Shown one piece after another: positions 1 through 9,772 of a DNA stretch of 64,000 bases. This stretch comes from an uncultured Acidimicrobiales bacterium. GTDB lineage: Bacteria; Actinomycetota; Acidimicrobiia; Acidimicrobiales; CAWCAL01. Numbering within the stretch: position 1 is the first letter of the stretch; each line of letters starts with the position of its first letter. The DNA lies in the NCBI GenBank assembly GCA_963793475.1, contig CAWCAL010000003.1:299628-363627 (forward strand), written 5' to 3'. Both the position numbers and the translations under genes were made by a program. The notes under the pieces are model-generated. The model was given only the letters and a program-made list of their open reading frames with translations, searched no databases and was not told where the DNA came from.

Positions 1-585
1 ATGCCAGACCTCGTGGTATCCGAACACCCGCGGTGACGGGTTGGGACGCCCCCTGGCCAGAATGACCGCACCGACGGTGTAGAGCAGGCCGCCGGCGATC
101 AGCAGCGAGAACCGCAGCACGCCGAGCTCGCTGAGCAACATCGGGGTGGCGACCACCGCCGCCCATCCCATCACGATGTACAGCCACGAGCCGGCTCCAC
201 CCTCCTCGGTGAGGGTCGCGACCTTCAGGCCCACGCCGGTGGCGGCGGCCGTCCAGATCACGATCAGCAGCGGGACCGACCAGGTCGCCGGGAGCACCAG
301 GCTGATGATGGGGGTGTAGGTCCCGGCGATCAGAACGAAGATCATCGAGTGATCGAGCTTGCGCAGCCACTGGCGTGTCTCGGAGGTGCGGCCCAGCAGG
401 TGATAGGCGGAACTGGCGGCGAACAGCCCGATGACACTGGCCCCGTAGACTCCGGCCGCGAGCCGCACCGTGCCGCCCTCGGCGGCCCAGAGCAGTGCGA
501 ACACGGCGGGAATCGCCACGCACAGCGCAATCAGGTGCAGTCGGCCCCGCCACACGGGCTTGTCCGCGTGGAACTGATCATGCAT
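1..585 (-). CDS. Hemolysin III / YqfA-family integral membrane protein (3' end runs off the left edge of the window)
   Basis: Absent from the ORF track because no stop codon lies in the window. Reverse translation from ATG 585..583 gives MHDQFHADKPVWRGRLHLIALCVAIPAVFALLW...SAYHLLGRTSETRQWLRKLDHSMIFVLIAGTYTP...GGLLYTVGAVILARGRPNPSPRVFGYHEVWH. This is a multi-TM protein with HlyIII-type LDHS and FGYHE-WH motifs. Confidence 0.85.
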   Translation of the reverse strand, partial: MHDQFHADKPVWRGRLHLIALCVAIPAVFALLWAAEGGTVRLAAGVYGASVIGLFAASSAYHLLGRTSETRQWLRKLDHSMIFVLIAGTYTPIISLVLPATWSVPLLIVIWTAAATGVGLKVATLTEEGGAGSWLYIVMGWAAVVATPMLLSELGVLRFSLLIAGGLLYTVGAVILARGRPNPSPRVFGYHEVWH

Positions 586-670
586 CCGTTGCACAGACTC
601 CTGCCGCTCTGCGCATGTACCGTCTTGCGGCTGGGATCAGCTGGTTGCTCGGGTCGTGCGGATGCTCTCG

Positions 671-2800
671 TCACGTTGCGTCCTGGAGCTCAGGGTCCGG
701 ATAGTGCAGCCAGGTCCCGGCGAGGGATACCTGACCTTGGCCGGGTAGTCCCAGTCGCAGGCGCCGTCGGGGAAGATCCGGGTGAGCCGTGCGGCCTGGG
801 CGTCGTCGAATGGTACGCCATAGCCACCTACGTCGACTGGTCGGAGGGTGCACTTGATGATCTGATTTGACCGAGGTGCACCGGCTGCCGTGCGTGGATC
901 GCCATGGACGGGGAACGCCTCGGTGCAGTCGTTCTGCTCCTCGTACAGCTGATCGCCCTCGAACGGCGCTCCGTTCGCTTCACAGGAGTCGGTCACGTCA
1001 TCGGGCCGGGCGGCCGCCACGGATGTGCCGTCGACGGTGCCCTCCAGCCACTCGGCGAGCATCCCGATCATCTCGACCGTCGGGAGCGGCGCCTTGACCA
1101 GGTCGGTCAGGCCCCCGCCGTCGCGGGTCCAGATCACCCGGGTGCGTGCCGCCGGGTCGCCGTCGGGACCCTCCAGCCGATCTCGGACCGAGAAGAGCCG
1201 GAACCGATCGTGGATGTCGTAGCCGAGGTCGCTGTAGAGGTCCACGTCGATGACCGGGACCTCGATGACCGCCGAGTCGCCGTGGAGGACACGACCGTGC
1301 CGATAGGCGTCCTCGATGACGTCCGGATCCGCGATCATGCGCTCCGGCGTGACGATGCCGTCCGGGTCGTAGCCGCCGATGCCCTCGTTCAGGTCGAGGA
1401 ACTGGTCGACGGTGATGGCTCCGGTCTCCAGGGCGGCTCGTCCGTACTCGACCCCGGCGTTGTCCAGGGGACGCCGACCGAAGCTGTCGTCGCCGCGGCC
1501 GAAGAGGTTGACGTTGGCGTCCTGCAGGGTGCAACGGGCGCCCCTGTCGTTGACGAAGGGGTCATAGATCAGGGTGCGGGGGACGACGGCGGCGCATCCG
1601 AGGGTGGGGTCGACGGCCGGGACGAAGGTGTCGATCCAGGCGGCGCAGAATCCCGAGACTCCCGTGGCCCTGGACGGCCAGCCGCTGCTCACCGTCGAAG
1701 GTCGATCCGGCGTCGGTGGCCCAGAACGGACTCGAGCAGGCCGCAATCGGTCACCCCGGGAGCGATCGAGACGGCGTCGGGGAACGACACCAGCGGGTTC
1801 AGGGCGTCGAGCAGTCCCGGGTAGTTCTGGGCGATGAGGTATTGCTGGATGGCTCCCCCACTGCCGCCCTGCCCGATGGTCCACCGGGGGACGCCGAACG
1901 TCTCGATGAAGTGCTCCTTGACCATCATGACGGTCTCGGCGCTGACGACGTCGTTACAGGTGGTCTGGAACGTGTTGAGCGTCGAACTGGCGACGGCATA
2001 ACCGGCGGCCAGCAGCTCGGTGTAGCCGATGGGCTCGGAACCGAGGAACGTGCCCTGCCAGTAGCCGGTACCGCATCCTCCACCGAACGTGTAGACGAGC
2101 AGGCCGTTCCAGCCTTGGGGGACGGCGAACTCGTAGACCGCCCGGTTGAGCGTGCCGATCTCGACGTCGACCACCACGGGCACGCCGGTACCGCCGGTGG
2201 AGACCTGTCGGCCGTCGATGTCGTCGTCGGATTCCACCTCGGCCCACATCCCGTCGGACTTCAGGTAGCGCTGTCGCCGGATCGGTTCGGCGTGGCAGTC
2301 CTCGTCGGGTGGACCCAGCCCGAAGCCCTCGGCGGTACAGATGTACGGCTCCTGGTGCGGCCCGGAGAAGATCGGACCCGTCACGGGGTGGACCGTCAGG
2401 TCCAGCTCGGATTCCCCACTCGGCCCGGAGATCACGACCGACGTGTCGCCGGGGACCAGGCCGGTGACCTCGATCAGTCGAGCGTCCTCCAGTCCGGCCG
2501 GCGGTCCGGCGTCGTGGGTTCGCTGCGGGGTGGCGTCGACCAGCGGCTGCTCGATTCCCCCGACGGTGAGGGAGGCAGCGTCGTCGGAACCGTGGACCGC
2601 CAACACCACCGAGTCGCCGGTGACGTACTCGGCCCGGGCGGAGACCGCTTCCATGTCGGGCGCCGGCCCGCTGGGCTCGTCGACGAGGGAGCTGGCGGTG
2701 GACGGGTCGGCGGCGGCACCGGAGTCCTCGTCTCCCGCGCAGGCACCGGCGATCAGCACGACCGCGAGTCCGGTGACCAGCAGGTTCCTCTTCCCGACGA
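671..2800 (-). pseudogene. Exported lipoprotein, DUF6351 / tannase-like alpha/beta-hydrolase type, with the frame broken at least 3 times as assembled
   Basis: Track ORFs 1689..2759, 637..1884 and 671..853 are consecutive pieces of one protein. The junctions read ...GGSGGAIQQYLIAQNYPGLLDALNPLVSFPDAVSIAPGVTDCGLLES | FWATDAGSTFDGEQRLAVQGHGSL | GFCAAWIDTFVPAVDP...IFPDGACDWDYP | GQGQVSLAGTWLHYPDPELQDAT*. Frame changes fall near 1728, 1655 and 775. A lipoprotein signal KRNLLVTGLAVVLIAGAC lies upstream of the track start at 2759, and no canonical start codon was found there. The family name is from memory only. Confidence 0.6.
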
Positions 2801-2961
2801 TTTCGTACCCCGTTTCGCGCCACGACCGGAGGTCTCGATCGCTCCGACCCTACCGGCCCCGCGCCGGGCCGTTCGAGGAGCCCGAGCCGGTCACATGTCA
2901 CACTCGATGGGTGGCCACGTCGCCGAGCACGGTGCACCTGCTGCGTCGGACGGTCGGCGCA

Positions 2962-3801
2962 ATGGCGGACCTCGCCGCCGCGGGGGTCGGGCGGAGTCTG
3001 GTGATCGGCGACGATCCGGGCCGGATCACGGCGCAGCTTGCCGCGCTTGAGATCGAACCGTCGGACCTGTTGGAGGTGCTCGATCCCACCGTCGTCGACG
3101 CCGGTCTGGCCGAGACGTTGCGGCGGCCCGAGTCGATCGGGGACCTGGCGGCGCCGTGGCGGGAAGGTGCCCGCGCCGCGGCGCAGGCCACGGGGAAGGT
3201 CTCGCAGGCGGTGCTGGCGGCGGGGACGGGCCGCTACGAGCTGGCGGCCGGGGTGCGCATCCAGCTCGACGACGTGCAGGGTCCCGACTGGTCGGCCACG
3301 CGGATGGTGGTGACGACCGGCGCAGTGCGGTTGACCGTAGGACCGGCACCGTCGATCAGATCGGCGGGCATCGACGTCGTTGCCACGGTCGGCGCCGACG
3401 ATGTGACGCGACGGCTCCAACACCTCCCGGTCGCCTCCATTCGCATCGACGAGGGATCGGTCCTGGTTCGCCCGAGTGGCCGGCTCACGCCGTTCACCAT
3501 CGGGGTGGTGCCCGGGCTGCACGCAGGGCGGGTCGTACTCGAAGGGCACACGATTGCCTGGAGAGGCGTGAAGCTCCCGCTCCCCTCCCGCGTCGCTCGT
3601 CGCTGGACCCGCTGGATCGACCCGCCGGAGTGGCTGGAGATGGACGGTCTGCGGGTCGATGCCGACACCGTCGAGATCAGGGGCCATATCGAACACTGGG
3701 CCCAACCGATCTCGGTGGGAACGATCCAGCGGCTCGCCGCGGCCGCCCGGCGGCGGGGACAGGACCTGGTGGTGCCGGGGTGGTCGGCTCCTAGCGGCTG
3801 A
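2962..3801 (+). CDS. Hypothetical protein (possibly DUF2993/LmeA-like; unverified)
   Basis: This is the 3' 280 codons of track ORF 2341..3801. The upstream part of that ORF is antisense to the DUF6351 gene. The first in-frame ATG after the divergent intergenic region is 2962 (MADLAAAGVGRSLVIGDD...), with GTG 2911 as an alternative. No motif recognised. Confidence 0.5.
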   Translation: MADLAAAGVGRSLVIGDDPGRITAQLAALEIEPSDLLEVLDPTVVDAGLAETLRRPESIGDLAAPWREGARAAAQATGKVSQAVLAAGTGRYELAAGVRIQLDDVQGPDWSATRMVVTTGAVRLTVGPAPSIRSAGIDVVATVGADDVTRRLQHLPVASIRIDEGSVLVRPSGRLTPFTIGVVPGLHAGRVVLEGHTIAWRGVKLPLPSRVARRWTRWIDPPEWLEMDGLRVDADTVEIRGHIEHWAQPISVGTIQRLAAAARRRGQDLVVPGWSAPSG

Positions 3802-5074
3802 AGCGGGCAACCACGTCGCCGGCACCGTCGAGCATCCGCAGCGCCGATGAACCGTCCGGGGCTCGGAAGTTCTCGACCGGGAGCTCGACGATCTCGTAGT
3901 CGGCGCCGCGGAGGTCCCAGCCCAGGCGAAGCGCGTCGAGCAGGGTCATCTCGTCGTCGAGCCGTAGCCCGTCTCCGGCGGCCCGACCGGCTCGGTCCAG
4001 CTCGAGGGGGTTCCAGGTCGAGGTGAGCTCGCCGAGCACCGCGGCCATGAACATCTTCTGCCGTTCGATCCGACCCAGATCCGCTCGGGGATCCTCTCGC
4101 CAGGTCCCGTCGATGAGCTCCTCGTAGTGGCGGGAGCGGACGTAGGCCAGGGCCTGTTCGCCGCTCAGCCGGACTTCACCGGCCGTCTCGATCACCAGGC
4201 CCGATTCCGTGTCGCGGGCCGGATTCGGCACTGTGATCGTGACCCCTCCGACGGCCTCGACGAGGCCCTGGAAAGACGCGAAGTCCACCTCCATGTACCG
4301 GTGGATCGGGATGCCCAGCCCGTTGATGGTGCGGATGACCGAGGCCGGACCGTCGTTGTAGGCCGCATTGACCTTGGCCTGATTCCCACCGGGATCGAGC
4401 GTCACCCACAGGTCGCGGGGGACCGAGAGCATGCTGGTGCCGGTGTCGTCCACCCGGAGGATGAGCATGGTGTCGGCTCGCTGACCACCCAGACCGTCTG
4501 CGCCTGCAGCGGCCAGGTCGCCTTCGGCGAGACCCTCTCGCGAGTCGGACCCGACGATGAGGTAGTTGGTCCCGGCACCTCCGCTGGCCAGCGCACCCTG
4601 CGTGTCGACCCGTTCGATCGCGGCGAAGCGGAACCAGGCCAGGCCGATGGCGCCGACGGCCAGGACCAGCACGACCAGGAGCGCCTTGGTGACGAACCCG
4701 CCGCGACGGCGCCGCTTGGGAGCGGTCGTCGGGGGAACGGCCGTCGGCGGTGCTTCGGCGGGGGGTGCCGGGGGTGGTGCAGCAGGTGGGACCGGTGCGG
4801 GGACGACGGGGGCCCGAGGGGTTTCGCCGGCGGGCGGCGGGGTGGGGCGGACCGAGGCCGGCGCCACCCGGGTCGGCTCGACCTCCGGACCCGCCGCCTG
4901 GGGGGGACGAACGAGCGAGTCGTCGGACTCGGGCGGGGGCTGATGCCAGTAGGCCTCGTCCTCGTGGACCGAGGTGGCATGTTCGCTGTCCTCGGGCAGT
5001 GACTGCAGGCGGTCCCAGAAGTTGGCGCTCGACGCATCGGCGGCCTCATCGGGGGCGTCCCGCTCGTCGGTCAT
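3791..5074 (-). CDS. LytR-CpsA-Psr (LCP) family cell-envelope phosphotransferase
   Basis: C-terminal 427 codons of track ORF 3791..6748, starting at ATG 5074 (MTDERDAPDE). It has a Pro-rich N-terminal region, one TM (FVTKALLVVLVLAVGAIGLAWF), then LCP motifs TNYLIVGSDSR, RADTMLILRVD, SVPRDLWV and KVNAAY. The upstream 558 codons of the track ORF are antisense to the acyl-CoA dehydrogenase gene. Confidence 0.9.
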   Translation of the reverse strand: MTDERDAPDEAADASSANFWDRLQSLPEDSEHATSVHEDEAYWHQPPPESDDSLVRPPQAAGPEVEPTRVAPASVRPTPPPAGETPRAPVVPAPVPPAAPPPAPPAEAPPTAVPPTTAPKRRRRGGFVTKALLVVLVLAVGAIGLAWFRFAAIERVDTQGALASGGAGTNYLIVGSDSREGLAEGDLAAAGADGLGGQRADTMLILRVDDTGTSMLSVPRDLWVTLDPGGNQAKVNAAYNDGPASVIRTINGLGIPIHRYMEVDFASFQGLVEAVGGVTITVPNPARDTESGLVIETAGEVRLSGEQALAYVRSRHYEELIDGTWREDPRADLGRIERQKMFMAAVLGELTSTWNPLELDRAGRAAGDGLRLDDEMTLLDALRLGWDLRGADYEIVELPVENFRAPDGSSALRMLDGAGDVVARFSR

Positions 5075-5419
5075 GGAAGCAGTCTGCCCCAGTGGCCGTG
5101 GTCGGCGCGTCCACCCTCCGGCGTCCCGGCCGGGCCGCGGTGCGTCCACCCGCTGGAGGGCACATCGGGATCCCCCAGCCCAGGGTTGCCAGGTGGCAGA
5201 GTTGTCCCAACATCGGACGTATACCGAGGTCGCCGCATGGCCGCGATCACCACATCCCGAACCGCTCCCGTCCCTGCCACCCGAAGCGGGAATGTGTCCC
5301 GTGAGCGTCGTCCTTCCAGCAGCGCGCTCCGCGGGCTGCTCCTGGCGGTCCCGGCGGGCGCCGGAATGTGGTTCGTTCTGATCTCGCTGGGACGTCTCGC
5401 CCTTTCCTAGTCTTCGTTG

Positions 5420-6658
5420 ATGGACGATCTCGCAGAACAGGTCCGTGCCTGGCTGGAAGCGCACTGGGATCCCGATCTGTCCGTCGGAGCGTGGTGGGAG
5501 CTGCTCGGTCGGTCCGGATGGGCGGTCCCCCATTGGCCGACCGACGCGTTCGGTCTCGGACTGCATCGTGACGCCGCCCGTGTCGTGGCCAACGAGATCC
5601 GGGCCGCCGGGGCGCTCTCGCCACCGGCGGGGCTCGGCCTGTTGTTGGCCGGTCCCACGATCGTCGCCCACGGAACCGACGAGCAGAAGGCGCGCTTCCT
5701 CGAGCCCATCGTGACCGGGAGGGAATCCTGGTGCCAGCTCTTCAGCGAGCCCAACGCAGGGAGTGATCTCGCCGGCCTCCAGTGCCGGGCCGACCGGGAC
5801 GGCGAGATCTGGCGCATCAACGGACAGAAGGTGTGGACCTCGGGCGGGCACATGGCCGATCTGGGGATGCTCCTCGTCCGGACCGATCCCGACGTCCCGA
5901 AACACCGTGGGATCAGCTACTTCGCCATCGAGATGGACCAACCCGGGATCGACGTCCGCCCTCTGAAGGAGATGACCGGGCACGCCCTGTTCAACGAGGT
6001 GTTCCTCGACGAGGCCGAGGCCAGGGACGACGCGCTGATCGGCGGGCTGGACAACGGTTGGGCGGTCGCCAACACGACGCTGGCAAACGAGCGAGCCGGC
6101 CTGGGTGCCGGCGGGGTCGGCGCCGCGGCTGCGGCGTCTCCGGGGAGCAAGGTCGGTCACCTCGAGCGCCGAGCCGGTGACTTCGCCGCAGGTCCGGCGC
6201 CCCAGCGGGTCATGTCCGGGACGCGCGGCATCGACCAGCTGATCGCCCTGGCCGAGCGCCAGGGCAAGATGACCGATCCCGTCCTGCGCGACGGGATGAT
6301 GCGGCTGCACTCGTATCACGAGATCGCCCGCTACACCGCGCTCCGGTCCAAGGCGGCCAAGGCGGCCGGCCGCGGTCCGGGACCCGAAGCCAACACGGCG
6401 AAGCTGGCGATGAGCCGGATCACCCGGCTGCAACGCGAGTTGAGCCTGGCCGTCCTGGGCCCCCACGGCACGCTCTTCGGCCGCAGCGCTCCCGACGGCG
6501 GGATCTCGGCCGGGATGGCCCTGTTCAGCCCGGCGGTCTCGATCTACGGCGGCAGCGACGAGATCCAACGCAACATCATCGGCGAGCGGGTGCTGGGCCT
6601 GCCGGGCGAACCCCGGGTCGACAAGGACCTCCCCTTCAGCCAGATTCCCAAGAACTGA
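5420..6658 (+). CDS. Acyl-CoA dehydrogenase family protein
   Basis: Intact ORF (the track starts at TTG 5417; ATG is at 5420). Motifs: GTDEQKARFLEPIVTGRESWCQLFSEPNAGSDLAGLQCRADRDGEIWRINGQKVWTSGG and C-terminal IYGGSDEIQRNIIGERVLGLP. Confidence 0.9.
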   Translation: MDDLAEQVRAWLEAHWDPDLSVGAWWELLGRSGWAVPHWPTDAFGLGLHRDAARVVANEIRAAGALSPPAGLGLLLAGPTIVAHGTDEQKARFLEPIVTGRESWCQLFSEPNAGSDLAGLQCRADRDGEIWRINGQKVWTSGGHMADLGMLLVRTDPDVPKHRGISYFAIEMDQPGIDVRPLKEMTGHALFNEVFLDEAEARDDALIGGLDNGWAVANTTLANERAGLGAGGVGAAAAASPGSKVGHLERRAGDFAAGPAPQRVMSGTRGIDQLIALAERQGKMTDPVLRDGMMRLHSYHEIARYTALRSKAAKAAGRGPGPEANTAKLAMSRITRLQRELSLAVLGPHGTLFGRSAPDGGISAGMALFSPAVSIYGGSDEIQRNIIGERVLGLPGEPRVDKDLPFSQIPKN

Positions 6659-6693
6659 CCGCTCCGAATCTGAGCTCGGAGATTTCTCCCGCG

Positions 6694-7326
6694 ATGTCCC
6701 CCCAGATTCCGCCGCCGACATCCTCTGTCTCGGACCCTTCCGAGGCACCGGGAGACGGCCCGCCGACCGGCGGCTCGTCGTGGTGGCCCCGACTCCGCCG
6801 CGTCATCGGGAGCGTGCTGATCGTCGGCTGGCTCTACGGGCTGGTCGCGTGGAACCTGCCCGAGTCCGACCGCCGCGACGAGCTTCGCGAGCAGATCGAA
6901 CCCGTCGTCAATGCCGCCGCCATGCGACAGGGCTGGGGGGTGTTCTCCCCCAATCCCACCCGGACCACCCACATCACCTACGCCCGCATCGTCTTCGTCG
7001 ACGGCCACGAGGAGCGGTTCGACGCCCCGCATCCCGGACCCTGGGTGGGCTCCACCCGTTCGGAGCGCTGGCGCAAGTGGGAGACCAGGGTCTTCAAGGA
7101 CACCCACACCAGCCTCCGCCTGCCGGCGGCACGCTGGGTGGCCGATCGCTACGGCGGCGCCGACGAGGTCGCCGAGGTCGAGCTCGTCCACCTGCGCAGC
7201 CCGTCACCCGACCCACGCACCGACGAGGCGCGCGTCTGGAAAGCCGACGTGTTCTTCCGCTACGACGTCGCGACCGACCGGGGCCGGAGCGTCGACGAGG
7301 ACCCGGTGGAGGTGCCCGGACCATGA
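6694..7326 (+). CDS. Hypothetical membrane-anchored protein, translationally coupled to the HTTM gene
   Basis: Intact 210-aa ORF with one TM (VIGSVLIVGWLYGLVAWNL). Its stop TGA 7324..7326 overlaps the ATG at 7323 of the next gene (ATGA). Confidence 0.6.
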   Translation: MSPQIPPPTSSVSDPSEAPGDGPPTGGSSWWPRLRRVIGSVLIVGWLYGLVAWNLPESDRRDELREQIEPVVNAAAMRQGWGVFSPNPTRTTHITYARIVFVDGHEERFDAPHPGPWVGSTRSERWRKWETRVFKDTHTSLRLPAARWVADRYGGADEVAEVELVHLRSPSPDPRTDEARVWKADVFFRYDVATDRGRSVDEDPVEVPGP

Positions 7327-8276
7327 GGGTCTGGACCCGGTTCTGGTTCCGCGAGACCGACGACGACGCCTTCGTCCTGCTCCGCACGGTCCTGGGTGCG
7401 GTGGTGCTGATCTGGGCGGCCACCCTCTTGCCCGATCTCCACGACTTCCAGGGAGCGGACGGGCTCGTGCCCGATCGCCGGATCCGGGACTGGCAGTTCA
7501 CCTTCTTCCGCTGGACGGACGGCGTCGGGTTGGCGCTGACGCTCACGTGGGCCGGACTGGTGCTGAGCGCTGTCGGGATGGTCCTCGGCCGCCTGGTCCG
7601 GCTGGCGACCCCGCTGGCGGCGCTCTGCCTCATGTCGCTCCAGCAGGACAATCCGGTCATCACCAACGCGGGTGACGACCTGCTCCGGATCACCGTCGTG
7701 TACACCGCGGTCGTCGTTGTGCTCTGCCGCGCCGATGGAGTCGGGCGTCCGCTGCTGGGGCCGAGGGTCGAGTCGCTTCGCAGCACGATGCCGGTCTGGG
7801 GTCTGCGGCTCTTCCAGTTCCAGCTGACGGCGATCTACGTGGCCACCGTGTTCAAGAAGTGGCCCGGGGACACCTGGCAGGACGGCGAAGCCGCCCTCTG
7901 GGCCCTCCAACTGGTGCGACTGGAACGGTTCCCCGTCCCGGACCTGATCGCCTCGTCCGCTGCGATGGGCAAGGCCATGACCTGGGGAGCGCTCGGACTG
8001 GAGATCCTCTTGCCGGTGCTCCTCTGGATCCCCCGAACCCGGCGCTGGGGCATCTTCCTCGGGGTCGGGATGCACGCCTCCTTCGCCTACGCCATGCGGC
8101 TCGGAGTGTTCAGCGTGGCCATGACGGTCAACTACCTCAGCTTCCTCGACGCGGAGCTCATCCGGAAGGTGCTGGGCTGGCGTCCGGGTCGGGTGGCGAC
8201 CCCCGAGTCGCAATCGGTGTCAGCGGGAGCGACGGCGGCCGGCCGAGCGGACCCGGTTACGGATCCGACCGGCTGA
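7323..8276 (+). CDS. HTTM-domain (vitamin K-dependent gamma-carboxylase-like) polytopic membrane protein
   Basis: In-frame ATG at 7323 within track ORF 6780..8276. Sequence MRVWTRFWFRETDDDAFVLLRTVLGAVVLIWAATLLPDL... followed by multiple TM segments. The pattern matches the HTTM N-terminal signature as I remember it. Confidence 0.75.
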   Translation: MRVWTRFWFRETDDDAFVLLRTVLGAVVLIWAATLLPDLHDFQGADGLVPDRRIRDWQFTFFRWTDGVGLALTLTWAGLVLSAVGMVLGRLVRLATPLAALCLMSLQQDNPVITNAGDDLLRITVVYTAVVVVLCRADGVGRPLLGPRVESLRSTMPVWGLRLFQFQLTAIYVATVFKKWPGDTWQDGEAALWALQLVRLERFPVPDLIASSAAMGKAMTWGALGLEILLPVLLWIPRTRRWGIFLGVGMHASFAYAMRLGVFSVAMTVNYLSFLDAELIRKVLGWRPGRVATPESQSVSAGATAAGRADPVTDPTG

Positions 8277-9623
8277 CCTGACCCGGCCCGACGACGAGGA
8301 CTTGGACGACGAGGACTTGGACGCCGAGGGCTTCGACGACGAGCGGCTCGACCGGGAGGACGAACCGGATCCACGCGAGCCCCGGTTGCCTTCCTCGACG
8401 GTCACCTTCCGGCGGGGCCGGCTCGACGAACCCCCGCCCAGGACGGGGCCACCGAGATCTCCTTTGCGGGAGGATCGCCGCGGTGCGGACCGGGGAGCGG
8501 GCTGCGACGTGCGGCGGCGGCTCCGGCCCCGGAAGATCGATCCGGCGGCGGCGCCGCCGATGGCAGGGCCGAGCACGTCCCACAGGCCGCTCTGCTTGCG
8601 TCCTCGCGACCGTCGGAGCACCGGTGGGACCGGCGCCGGCGGCGGTGGGCGTCGACCGGTCGGTGGCGGCGGTGGGTTCTCGCGGACAGGAACCTCGATC
8701 TGTTCCGGTGTCGGTTCCGGCGGTGGCGGTCGACCCTCGATGCGTGCCTCGACCACCTCGAGCTGCCAGGTGGCCCGACCCAGCCGCCGGATGAGCTCCT
8801 GCATCTCTGATGGGGTGGTGACGGTCCGGGACTGCTCCCCCACCTCCTGGAAGGTGTCCGACGCCTCCTCGAACAACTCCTGGACATCGCGCGGTGCTTC
8901 GGTGATCTTTTCCGAGAGCTCCCAGATGAGATCCGACGCTGCCGTCGTCTCCTCCCCCAGCTCGGCGCGGGCCGTGTCCATGTCGAGCTCGACCTGCTGC
9001 TGCTTCGCCCGCCGCGACCTCCAGAACAGGAATCCGATCAGGCCAAGGCCGCCGATGAGCAGCGCGGGCAGGAACCAGCCGATGCCGCCTCCGGATTCGC
9101 TCTCGCCGCTCGTCGCGTCCGGCGTCAAATCGGGTGTCGTGGACTCACCCGACGGCTCGGCCACGGCGAAGAACGCCCGATAGCCGTCGGCGAAGTCACC
9201 CGCGAAGAAATCGGGAGAGGACGTCTCCAACGCCGCGTCGACCGAGCCCGTCGAGTCGGTCACGGCCCACGTCTCGTCGGGGGTGACCACGACCAGGGTG
9301 TCCACCGCGGCCCCACGACGGGCCAACTCCGCGAAGGTTGCCTCGGTGAACGCCTCGAGTGACGCGTAGTCCGATACGTCGGCGCTCAGGATGACCAGCC
9401 CGCCGTCCTGTCCGCCGGCGCGGACCTGGGCCACCGCTCGGTCGACGGCGTCGATGTCAAGCGTGACGTCGTAGGCGTCCTCCACCCCCTCCTCGATGAA
9501 GACCCCGAACTCGGCGACGTCGTCGGCCACGATCCCCTCGTCCTGGGTGGGAAGTGCGGCCGCAGTCGCGGCCGGACACAGGATGATCAGGGCCACCCCG
9601 AGGGCGAGCAGTGCACGACGCAT
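8220..9623 (-). CDS. Hypothetical single-pass membrane protein with exported N-terminal domain, coiled-coil, Pro-rich segment and Ser/Arg/Lys-rich tail
   Basis: Intact 467-aa ORF. It has a signal peptide (MRRALLALGVALIILCPAATAAA), a TM (IGWFLPALLIGGLGLIGFLFW), PPPPEPTPEQ...PPPPPTGRRPPPPAP, and the tail SSSRSSRSSSKPSASKSSSSKSSSS. The last 57 nt overlap the convergent HTTM gene, so the true 3' end is uncertain. Confidence 0.6.
   Translation of the reverse strand: MRRALLALGVALIILCPAATAAALPTQDEGIVADDVAEFGVFIEEGVEDAYDVTLDIDAVDRAVAQVRAGGQDGGLVILSADVSDYASLEAFTEATFAELARRGAAVDTLVVVTPDETWAVTDSTGSVDAALETSSPDFFAGDFADGYRAFFAVAEPSGESTTPDLTPDATSGESESGGGIGWFLPALLIGGLGLIGFLFWRSRRAKQQQVELDMDTARAELGEETTAASDLIWELSEKITEAPRDVQELFEEASDTFQEVGEQSRTVTTPSEMQELIRRLGRATWQLEVVEARIEGRPPPPEPTPEQIEVPVRENPPPPPTGRRPPPPAPVPPVLRRSRGRKQSGLWDVLGPAIGGAAAGSIFRGRSRRRTSQPAPRSAPRRSSRKGDLGGPVLGGGSSSRPRRKVTVEEGNRGSRGSGSSSRSSRSSSKPSASKSSSSKSSSSGRVRSAGRIRNRVRSAGRRRSR
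8290..8364. repeat. Degenerate 15-bp periodic repeat (about 5 units; the first two are identical: gacgacgaggacttg)
   Basis: Units gacgacgaggacttg x2 (8290..8319), then gacgccgagggcttc, gacgacgagcggctc and gaccgggaggacgaa. On the minus strand this encodes the KSSSS-type pentapeptide tail of the 8220..9623 protein. Confidence 0.8.
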
Positions 9624-9772
9624 GACCAGGAGTCCTCCTCGGCAAGTGCGGCAACGAACCTAGCTGCGGAACGACTTGTGCAGAAAACGTCATCCCCGCA
9701 GCGCGGCGGTGCCGAAGAACGAGAAACCACGCCGGACACTCCGGCTCAACCCCCTGTGGAGATCCCCCAACC

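Noticed and set aside
1954-3825. 623-aa minus-strand ORF (and similar ORFs 1716..3050 and 2341..2960) rich in Arg/Pro/Gly
   Set aside because: It is antisense or out of frame to the DUF6351-like and hypothetical genes. Composition is typical of non-coding frames in high-GC DNA, and no motif is present.
3791-6748. 985-aa ORF suggesting a giant LCP protein
   Set aside because: Only the last 427 codons (from ATG 5074) look like protein. The upstream 558 codons are the antisense shadow of the acyl-CoA dehydrogenase at 5420..6658.
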